Part shown: positions 1-7,336 of the stretch, piece after piece | How the letters are laid out: each line of letters opens with the position of its first letter | Numbering within the stretch: position 1 is the first letter of the stretch | Assembly (NCBI GenBank): GCA_044221725.1 | Contig: JBGAON010000002.1 | Coordinates: 32,001 to 96,000, forward strand | Direction of reading: 5' to 3' | DNA from: Elusimicrobiota bacterium | GTDB lineage: Bacteria > Elusimicrobiota > Elusimicrobia > F11 | Length of the DNA: 64,000 nucleotides | Made by a program: the position numbers and the translations under genes | Notes under the pieces: model-generated | The model's database searches: none | Told to the model about the DNA's origin: nothing | Seen by the model: the letters and a program-made list of their open reading frames with translations, nothing else

Positions 1-105
1 GGTATGCCGCGTTTTATTTCTTCTTGGCTCGAAAGAGCTCAAAACAAGTCAGCAGGGACCAAATCGAGAGCTGACAAAGGATCCGCGACATGGCCGACGG
101 AATAA
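1..105 (+). CDS. C-terminal end of a probable phage replication initiator protein (5' partial)
   Basis: Frame 1 reads GMPRFISSWLERAQNK...WPTE*. The RFIxSWLxRxQ pattern resembles the C-termini of phage replication proteins, and it overlaps the helicase start. Confidence 0.5.
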   Translation, partial: GMPRFISSWLERAQNKSAGTKSRADKGSATWPTE

Positions 106-926
106 ACGAGCAAGTGAGTGAGTTGTTAAAAGCGGAAGAACGTCTTGCGCAATACGCAGGGCCGGATCGGGTCATCCATCACACTGAATTTCCACGCGAG
201 GAACAGCAGAAGGAACATTTTTACTCTGGTATCGGTGAGCTCGATGCCGAGGTTGAGGGATTTCAACGAGGTGAGCTGGTCACGATTTCTGGTTACACGG
301 GCCAAGGCAAAACAACATTGGCCGATACACTCGCGAAAAGGTTCATGGACACTGGAAACCCCGTCTTGTTCTTTTCATTTGAGGTTCAAATGACGGCCTT
401 TCTTGAGAAGTATCGCGAGTCGAAAGCGTCACCTCTTTACATTCCTCTTACACTCGAAACAATGAATTTACCCTGGATCCGTGATCGCGTGCTTGAAGCG
501 AAAGCAAAACATGGTTGCGAGGTTGTCGTAATTGATCACCTGCATTTCATAGTTGATATGGCCTTCAGGCAAAACATGTCTCTCAATATCGGTGCCTGTA
601 TGCGTTATCTCAAAAAAGAAGTGGCCTCGATGTTAAATGTCCTTGTCATTCTTCTGGCTCATACGGCACAACCTACTGATAACGGTGAAGAATTACACCT
701 TGGAAAGATTCGTGATTCTTCCTTCATCGCGCAGGAGAGCGATATGGTTTTAATGATCATGCGATTAGCCGATCGCCCACCTGGAAACCAAAAGCTGATT
801 GCTCCTTCATTTTCCCAAAATCGATCTCGTTTAATGATTGAGAAAGCACGAAGAACCGGTGCATTCAAAAAGCGAATAACACTTGTTAAGCGCGGGCATT
901 GGTTTGAAGAGGAGCTGCCTACATGA
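90..926 (+). CDS. DnaB-like (SF4) helicase ATPase domain protein
   Basis: Walker A GYTGQGKT, FSFE, VVIDHLH, and IRDSSFIAQESD (equivalent to DnaB LRxSGxIEQDAD). Confidence 0.85.
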   Translation: MADGINEQVSELLKAEERLAQYAGPDRVIHHTEFPREEQQKEHFYSGIGELDAEVEGFQRGELVTISGYTGQGKTTLADTLAKRFMDTGNPVLFFSFEVQMTAFLEKYRESKASPLYIPLTLETMNLPWIRDRVLEAKAKHGCEVVVIDHLHFIVDMAFRQNMSLNIGACMRYLKKEVASMLNVLVILLAHTAQPTDNGEELHLGKIRDSSFIAQESDMVLMIMRLADRPPGNQKLIAPSFSQNRSRLMIEKARRTGAFKKRITLVKRGHWFEEELPT

Positions 927-1567
927 TCGATGGACGTGATTTCGTCATTTCTCATCTGTACGAAACGTTTCATAACCGTCCTGGTTGGCTGGCGGAAGTG
1001 ATCAAGCTCGACATACTTGATAAGGGTGAATTGGAAGATTTGGAGCGGCTTGCCGAATACCGAGACTCGGTAGAAATTGAAATAGAAAAGTGGTGTCGAA
1101 GTCTTCCAGCTTTTTACCAGATTGATGCGTTGGATTCTGATGACGAAAAATTATCTGAAGTTATGAGACGCCTTGCCGAGATTGAAGCGGCATTAGCCGA
1201 ATCTTGGCAACGGAACGATCACTATATTTTCAGGCAGGGAATTAGAGCCCGATCGAACTACAAACAATTGTGTGCTTATCGAGAAAAGCTACTACGGCGT
1301 GTTCATCATAAAGAGCCAGTGGCATTTCGATTGTCCGAAAGTCGATTGGAGCAGGCCCGTCAGGTCCCATTAGAAAAGCTGGTTCAGCCAAACGCCAGAG
1401 GGTATGTGAATTGTCTTTGGCACGAGGACGAGAATCCATCGATGTTGGTCAAAAACGGATATGCATGGTGTTTTGCTTGCTGCACTTGGGCTGATTCGAT
1501 CAAGTGGATACAACAAGAAAGAGGTCTCTCATTTGGAGAGGCCGTTTCGTGGTTAACTGCTATATGA
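923..1567 (+). CDS. CHC2 zinc-finger protein (primase zinc-binding domain, no TOPRIM seen)
   Basis: CLWHEDENPS...WCFAC...DSIKWIQQERGLSFGEAV at the C-terminus. Confidence 0.8.
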   Translation: MIDGRDFVISHLYETFHNRPGWLAEVIKLDILDKGELEDLERLAEYRDSVEIEIEKWCRSLPAFYQIDALDSDDEKLSEVMRRLAEIEAALAESWQRNDHYIFRQGIRARSNYKQLCAYREKLLRRVHHKEPVAFRLSESRLEQARQVPLEKLVQPNARGYVNCLWHEDENPSMLVKNGYAWCFACCTWADSIKWIQQERGLSFGEAVSWLTAI

Positions 1568-2133
1568 CCGATATGTCTCTGCCATTATTTCAGAAGTATT
1601 CAACCGTAGTTGCCGACCCCCCGTGGCAATTTCGGCGGCAACCGCGTTCAGTCAGTCCTGGATATAAGCTCCTGACTTTGGACGAAATAAAAAGAATCCC
1701 ACTAAAAGATATTTCCAAAGAAAACTCTCATCTGTATCTATGGATTCCAAATGCGTTTATCAAAGAAGGTGTGGAAGTAATGCAGGCATGGGGATTTGAA
1801 TATAAGACCGTAATCACTTGGGCAAAACACCAAATTGGGGTCGGTAATCATTTCAGAAATTCCACCGAGCAAATTCTCTTTGGAGTGCGTGGGCGTCTTC
1901 CATTGTTGCGCCGTGATTTGCGGACCTGGTTCTTAGCTGACCGCCGCCAACACAGTCGCAAGCCCGACGAATTTTATCGACTGGTGGAATCAGCCTCGCC
2001 GGCGCCGCGGATCGATATTTTTTCGCGTGAAAAGCGAGAGGGATGGGACCAATGGGGAGACCAAATTAATTTTTTCAATCAACAAATACAGGAGGCAGAC
2101 CATGTCGGAACAAAAACCACTACTAACAGCTAA
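1564..2133 (+). CDS. MT-A70 family adenine methyltransferase
   Basis: ADPPW, LYLW, WGFEYKT and HSRKP motifs. ATG at 1564 overlaps the previous stop (ATGA). Confidence 0.88.
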   Translation: MTDMSLPLFQKYSTVVADPPWQFRRQPRSVSPGYKLLTLDEIKRIPLKDISKENSHLYLWIPNAFIKEGVEVMQAWGFEYKTVITWAKHQIGVGNHFRNSTEQILFGVRGRLPLLRRDLRTWFLADRRQHSRKPDEFYRLVESASPAPRIDIFSREKREGWDQWGDQINFFNQQIQEADHVGTKTTTNS

Positions 2134-2296
2134 GCAAGCAGCAGTATTTTTGGGTGTATCGATTTTCACTCTGTACGGATGGACCAGCGCCGGGAAAATT
2201 CCTCACAGGAAAGTTGGGAGCCTCCTGCGGTTCGACGAAAACGAGCTCGTTCAGTGGACGAAGTTGCACGGCCAACTGGCAGTAAAAATAGCTTGA
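2102..2296 (+). CDS. Excisionase-like helix-turn-helix protein
   Basis: LLTAKQAAVFLGVS..TLY.W...GKIPH.KVGSLLRF; GGAGG RBS before ATG 2102. Confidence 0.85.
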   Translation: MSEQKPLLTAKQAAVFLGVSIFTLYGWTSAGKIPHRKVGSLLRFDENELVQWTKLHGQLAVKIA

Positions 2297-2305
2297 TCGA
2301 TCGAG

Positions 2306-2325
2306 ATGATCTGATCAATGATCGG
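2306..2325 (-). repeat. Inverted copy of the 20-bp tandem motif (candidate integrase arm-type site)
   Basis: Reverse complement CCGATCATTGATCAGATCAT matches 12675-12694 at 16/20. Confidence 0.45.
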
Positions 2326-2372
2326 TAGGTTTAGCTGTGTTTATTTAAGTCTATCGATTGTGAGGTGAATTT

Positions 2373-3485
2373 ATGGCTATTAGGTTGATCGATTCGCAAA
2401 AGAAAAAATATCGGATTTCTTTCTGGTATCGAAAACGGCATTACGCCAAGGTGGTCTGTGGTAATAGAGGAATCGCCGCAGACTTGGAGGCTCGAATGAG
2501 AACCGCGCTTGCAGAAAATCGTTACTTTCCTGAACGGAAAATTAGAGAGATGTCATTCAAGGATGTTGCGAAAAAGTTTTTGGCTGAATGCCGAACATTT
2601 GAGCGGTCCAAACATAAAGTGCGAATTTATATAGCAGGGTGTCTAAAAGAGTTTGGAGTCATGAAAATGAATGAAATCCGCTCGCAAGATGTCGCGAGCT
2701 TTCGAGATGAACTTGGTAAGCGAATGAGTCCCGTTTCTGTAAACCACTATCACCGTGTTCTGAGAAGGTTATTCAACTGGGCAAAAGAAGAACATTTGTT
2801 CTTAGGTGAGAATCCTGCGTCCGGTAAAAGGGTCCCGTTGGCAAATGAGCGTCCGTTTTGGCGATCTGAATTTTTATCGGAAGAAGAGCTGCAGAAAATT
2901 CTTGAAGTGGCAGATGAAAAAATAAAACCAATTATCCTTTGCGCGGCATTGACGGGGATGCGTTTAAATGAAATCAAGCGAATGAAAGGACAGGATGTTG
3001 ATTTAGATCGGTGCGTGATTCGGATTCCAGAGAGTAAAAATGGGGAATCTGGATGGGTTCCAATCCCTGATACGCTTTATTCGGCCATTGCTCCCGTTAT
3101 CAAAAATAGCTCTGCGGCAGAAAACCAAGTATTCAACTTCACAAATTTCGAGCGAATGTGGAAACGAGCTCGGTTGAATGCAGGAATTAAGATGCGATTC
3201 CATACCCTTAGGCACACTTACGGCTCGCATTTAATGATGAAAACGGGAAATCAGGGGGCAGTGCAATCACTGCTCCGACACAAATCCCCTGCTATGACGG
3301 CCCGCTATGCACACTTGGCACCAAGCTTTTTGAGGCAAGCAGCGCTTACTCTCGACAAAATGTTTCCGTCAAAAGGTCCTGCGTTGAACAACGGGGCAGC
3401 TGAGGCCGCAACCATTTCAACCGAGGAGTTATCTGATTCAGGAGGGCACTTAATTTTAGACACAAAAGAAAATAAAAATGAGTAA
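2373..3485 (+). CDS. Tyrosine recombinase / phage integrase
   Basis: TGMRLNE (R), ESKNG (K), FHTLRH (HxxR), LLRHKS..MTARYAH (H, Y). Confidence 0.93.
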   Translation: MAIRLIDSQKKKYRISFWYRKRHYAKVVCGNRGIAADLEARMRTALAENRYFPERKIREMSFKDVAKKFLAECRTFERSKHKVRIYIAGCLKEFGVMKMNEIRSQDVASFRDELGKRMSPVSVNHYHRVLRRLFNWAKEEHLFLGENPASGKRVPLANERPFWRSEFLSEEELQKILEVADEKIKPIILCAALTGMRLNEIKRMKGQDVDLDRCVIRIPESKNGESGWVPIPDTLYSAIAPVIKNSSAAENQVFNFTNFERMWKRARLNAGIKMRFHTLRHTYGSHLMMKTGNQGAVQSLLRHKSPAMTARYAHLAPSFLRQAALTLDKMFPSKGPALNNGAAEAATISTEELSDSGGHLILDTKENKNE

Positions 3486-3496
3486 CGGAGGAAATT

Positions 3497-4036
3497 ATGA
3501 TCATAGCTGCAGATGTTGGGTGTGAAAAATGTAACTCAAAAATAACGCATTTGAAGGATATTCAAATCGAGCAATTTGATTCGGTCCGGCTTTCGATTTG
3601 TGAATGCCTAGATTATTTTAATGCAGAGCTGAGCACCAAGGATCCGCGAGAGAAGGAAATCGAAATGCTACTGCGCGGAGAAGGTATTGCAAGAGAACGA
3701 ATTCCAGACGTTATTTTTAAGATTGGGCTTGTGATGACTGATGATGGATTGGGATTTGGCGACCTTACACTACATATTGGTATTGGAACAATAGAGCCGG
3801 TGTGGAATGCCTTGATTCAGAGATGGCCTCTACCAGAGTTTCCAGACGAAAATCCAGAAAACATCCAATCTGATTGCAAGGTCGATTTGGATTTATTGAT
3901 GTTGGAAGTATTTAGAAATCAAAAGAAAAAATATTTAAAAAATGAAGATATCAACCGGATGTTTCGGTGGCCATTAAAATTATTGGCTGCGGCGGGAAGA
4001 ATCCATCTTGGCAAGGAATGCTGGCGTCTCAAATAG
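3497..4036 (+). CDS. Hypothetical protein with N-terminal Cys motifs
   Basis: GGAGG RBS; CEKC and CEC; lies between int and terL. Confidence 0.65.
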   Translation: MIIAADVGCEKCNSKITHLKDIQIEQFDSVRLSICECLDYFNAELSTKDPREKEIEMLLRGEGIARERIPDVIFKIGLVMTDDGLGFGDLTLHIGIGTIEPVWNALIQRWPLPEFPDENPENIQSDCKVDLDLLMLEVFRNQKKKYLKNEDINRMFRWPLKLLAAAGRIHLGKECWRLK

Positions 4037-4040
4037 TTCT

Positions 4041-5495
4041 ATGGCCGCTGGAAAAATCGAAGAGCTACCGGATTTAAGTGCATTCCAAAATAAGATCAGA
4101 AATGATCCAGCTTTCTTCTTACGTGAATGTTTGGGCCTCCATCCATGGGAAATGGAAATAAAAATCATCGAATCAGTTCGGGACAACCCCAAAACTCTTG
4201 TAGCGGGCTGCGTATCTTCCGGAAAAACCCATGCAACCGCTGGGTTGGTGTTTTGGTGGCTCATGGCTTATGCGCCAATGGCACGTATATTTTGTCTCGC
4301 CCCAACTGAACGCCAACTCAAAATTAACCTCTGGCGTGAAATTCCACGGATGCACAGCGCGTCCAAAGTCAAATTAGGCGGAGAAATGATGCCGCTCTCT
4401 CTCCAGTACCGACTCGGCGATGACTGGTACGCGTTGGGGTTTAGCCCACAGGATGAAATGGGTGTGTTCGGAATTCACGGCCCTCATGATTTGATTGTCA
4501 TTGATGATGCTCAGGGCTTGAAACAGGAAATTTGGGAGGCATTGGAGAATGCCATGGCCGGGGGCACCACACGGCTCCTGGCATCATGCAATCCCGTCGT
4601 GACCAGCGGCGAAATTTACGAGGCCATGACATCGAAGCGAGGAAAATACAATGTCATCCGAATTCCCGCAGGAATCACACCCAATGTTAAAGAAGGAAAA
4701 ATAATTATTCCTGGAATGATTACTAAGGAAACCGTTGACCGCTGGATTCAGGAATATGGAGAGGATTCTGATTTTGTCAGAACGAAAGTGAAAGCCCTTC
4801 TTCCAAAACAGGAACCAGACACGCTTATTCCATTGGATTGGATCGAGGCAGCAATGGAGCGGGAGATCGAAGTTTCAAACGAGTATCCGATTTTGGGAGT
4901 TGATGTCGCTCGATTTGGTGACGATAGAACAGTAATTTTCCCAGTCCACGGGCTTAAAGCAATTGATCCAGTCATACTTCAAGGCGCCGATACCATGGCA
5001 GTGGCAGGAAGAGTCAAATTTGAAATGGAAAACCATAAAGCTGGTGCAGCATTTGTTGATGTCATTGGAATTGGGTCTGGGGTGTGTGATCGGTTAGCGG
5101 AGCAAGGCGTGGTTGTTTATCCTGTGAATGTCGCATCCAAAGCGCGGAACGAAAAGAAGTTCGTTAATTTACGTAGTGAAGTATGGTGGGCTGCACGAGA
5201 AGCATTGGACCCCAAAAACCAAAACATCTATTCCTTGCCCAATAACAAGCACTTGATGGCGGAATTGGCGGCATCCAAGTTTATGGTCGATTCTTCTGGT
5301 CGCATTCGGGTTGAACCCAAAGATGAGATGAAAAAGCGCCTCGGTCACTCACCTGACTTGGCTGATGCGTTCTGCTTGGCGATGTATGGCCGGTTCGTTT
5401 TACAGCTTCAGGCGTATTACGCTTCGGACCTTGAGGATGGAGATTCTTTTATTGATTTGGATGGAGTGTCACCGTCCTCAATTGTTTTTTCTTAG
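4041..5495 (+). CDS. Phage terminase large subunit
   Basis: Walker A SSGKT, Walker B IVIDDA, nuclease motifs GVDVARFGDD and SPDLADA. The start could also be 4008. Confidence 0.9.
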   Translation: MAAGKIEELPDLSAFQNKIRNDPAFFLRECLGLHPWEMEIKIIESVRDNPKTLVAGCVSSGKTHATAGLVFWWLMAYAPMARIFCLAPTERQLKINLWREIPRMHSASKVKLGGEMMPLSLQYRLGDDWYALGFSPQDEMGVFGIHGPHDLIVIDDAQGLKQEIWEALENAMAGGTTRLLASCNPVVTSGEIYEAMTSKRGKYNVIRIPAGITPNVKEGKIIIPGMITKETVDRWIQEYGEDSDFVRTKVKALLPKQEPDTLIPLDWIEAAMEREIEVSNEYPILGVDVARFGDDRTVIFPVHGLKAIDPVILQGADTMAVAGRVKFEMENHKAGAAFVDVIGIGSGVCDRLAEQGVVVYPVNVASKARNEKKFVNLRSEVWWAAREALDPKNQNIYSLPNNKHLMAELAASKFMVDSSGRIRVEPKDEMKKRLGHSPDLADAFCLAMYGRFVLQLQAYYASDLEDGDSFIDLDGVSPSSIVFS

Positions 5496-5498
5496 ACG

Positions 5499-5517
5499 GG
5501 TAGCTCTCGAAGCTACC
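5499..5517 (+). repeat. tRNA-fMet-like fragment / inverted repeat at the phage-cargo junction
   Basis: GGTAGCTCTCGAAGCT vs tRNA GGTAGCTCGCGAGGCT (14/16). Also reads as a GGTAGC-N7-GCTACC inverted repeat. Confidence 0.4.
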
Positions 5518-5711
5518 ACGCAAACAAGTAGAGTCTTCCAGAAACAATTGGAATTTAGCGACTTTGAGAATTTAACAGAATCCTGTTACAAGGATGTGTT
5601 CGTTTTTCTGATCAACTCTCGAACATTGATAACCTTGGGTAATTCATACTTTCAATTCTAAAATCCAGGATAACTCTTGATTGTGATGTGGTTTCCTGCA
5701 AAAATAACCCA

Positions 5712-5969
5712 ATGAAGAAATGGATTCCCTTATTCTTGTTCTTGGTGTTCGCGCATGACATCGCCATCGATGCCTTCGACGCTGATTGCCAAGATAAAGC
5801 GGGAGCTGTGTGTCACACTTGCGTTTGTCAGACCCACTTCGTCAATCCAGTTATTGGCACTCAGCAAAAACTATCGGTTTCAACTGAGTACGCTCCTGCT
5901 CCCGAACCTATTTTAGCCTTCAAAGATTTCTCCAAGTCTCTTTTCCGCCCTCCTAAAGCTCTCGCCTAA
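5712..5969 (+). CDS. Secreted Cys-rich leader protein (DUF2946/CzcI-like) with C-terminal FRPP
   Basis: Signal-like N-terminus, CHTCVC motif, ends SLFRPPKALA; directly upstream of the efflux operon. Confidence 0.7.
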   Translation: MKKWIPLFLFLVFAHDIAIDAFDADCQDKAGAVCHTCVCQTHFVNPVIGTQQKLSVSTEYAPAPEPILAFKDFSKSLFRPPKALA

Positions 5970-6060
5970 TCGACCGTCACGGCGGTCCATCCCAACAATA
6001 GTTTGAAATTCAGCCCATCGATATTTGTCGATGGAGAAGTGTTTTATCTTAGGAGTTTCC

Positions 6061-7326
6061 ATGCGAAATCTATTTGCACGTCATGTCATATTTTTTCTGT
6101 CGTTGTTTTTGTTCATAGTTACGTTTATTAGTGCAGCCGAGCCGGTTTACACGATTCCCCAAGTGGTATCGATGGCTCTGAAAGAGAACCCTCTTCTTAT
6201 TTCTGAGTCGGCGCGTGTAGAGGAGAAACGATTGGCTGGAAGCCAATCAAGAAACTGGTCTGGCCCGTCTGTGGAGGTGGCCGCCGGTCAGCGTAAAGAC
6301 GAAAGCAATTCCGGATCCCGTTTCGAGGCGGCTATTTCCCAACCATTGCCGTTGTCAGGAAAGCAGGGCCTTCGTGGTCGTTTGCTTGATTTGGAATCCG
6401 AGTCTTGGAAAGCCCAGCGAGCCGCATCGGAGGCGATGATCACCTTGAACGTCGTTCGCCTTTCCTTTGAATATGCGATCAACCGGCGTCTGGCGAATTT
6501 TGTCGTTATGCGTCAAAAGCGGTTTTCACTCATCAAGTCCTATATGGAAGGCCGCGTGTTTCCATCTCCTCAAAAGAAAGCAGAAAGCCGCATTGTCCAA
6601 AATCGCATGAATACCCTCCTGTCTGCAGCGTTGCAATCCCAGGCAAGTTATCGAGCCTCATTTGAAGACCTTCGCGTCTACGCCCCCATGGAATCGGGAA
6701 TCTATCCTGAAATAAATATTCCATGGTATGCAGGGTCAAAAAATCTCGACGCTTCCGATGGATTGGAAAAAGCTCTCAAGAATAATCCCGATCTCCGTTT
6801 AAGAGAATTATCGGTCAAAAGCACTGAGATAGAAAAAGCACTGGCCTCAAAAGAACGATGGCCGGACACTGCATTAATCGCCTCCTATGAAGAAGGAAAA
6901 GCAACGGAGAAGGAAACAAACACGGGGGTAGGGATCGGGCTTGAATTCCCCTATTGGAATGGAAACCGGTCTGGATTAAAAAGCTTAGAGAAAAAGAAGA
7001 TTGCAGAACAAGGATTACGTGATCTTCAGGAGCGGCAAATAAAAGCTGATTTGCCTCGGGCGCTGATTGAGTTCGAGGCCGCTCGAAGCGCAGTAAAAGA
7101 ATACCCCGAATCGTTACTCAATGAAATCGAAACGAATCTCCGTGGGTCGGAGGAAGGATTTCGAAAAGGCCAGGTGGATCTTCTGACATTTTTGGAATTA
7201 GACGATTCCTCGGCTGAAACCTATCGCCACATCCTTGAAGCACAGATGAATTATGTGACGAAAGCAACAGAGCTTTTACGCTTAACCGGTGAGCAAGACA
7301 TCCTCGCCCGCCTTGAGTCCTTGTAA
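6061..7326 (+). CDS. TolC-family outer membrane efflux protein (CzcC-like)
   Basis: Signal peptide, AL..NP repeats, FRKGQVDLLTFLE; AGGAG RBS before ATG 6061. Confidence 0.85.
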   Translation: MRNLFARHVIFFLSLFLFIVTFISAAEPVYTIPQVVSMALKENPLLISESARVEEKRLAGSQSRNWSGPSVEVAAGQRKDESNSGSRFEAAISQPLPLSGKQGLRGRLLDLESESWKAQRAASEAMITLNVVRLSFEYAINRRLANFVVMRQKRFSLIKSYMEGRVFPSPQKKAESRIVQNRMNTLLSAALQSQASYRASFEDLRVYAPMESGIYPEINIPWYAGSKNLDASDGLEKALKNNPDLRLRELSVKSTEIEKALASKERWPDTALIASYEEGKATEKETNTGVGIGLEFPYWNGNRSGLKSLEKKKIAEQGLRDLQERQIKADLPRALIEFEAARSAVKEYPESLLNEIETNLRGSEEGFRKGQVDLLTFLELDDSSAETYRHILEAQMNYVTKATELLRLTGEQDILARLESL

Positions 7327-7336
7327 GGAGACCCAA

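Larger units (their letters stand above)
1..5495 (+). mobile_element. Phage-like or satellite-like integrative module (left end outside window)
   Basis: Co-oriented, tightly packed rep, helicase, CHC2, methylase, xis, int and terL genes. Confidence 0.75.

Noticed and set aside
5365..5661. 98-aa ORF spanning the terL end
   Set aside because: Overlaps terL and crosses the cassette junction; no RBS or motifs.
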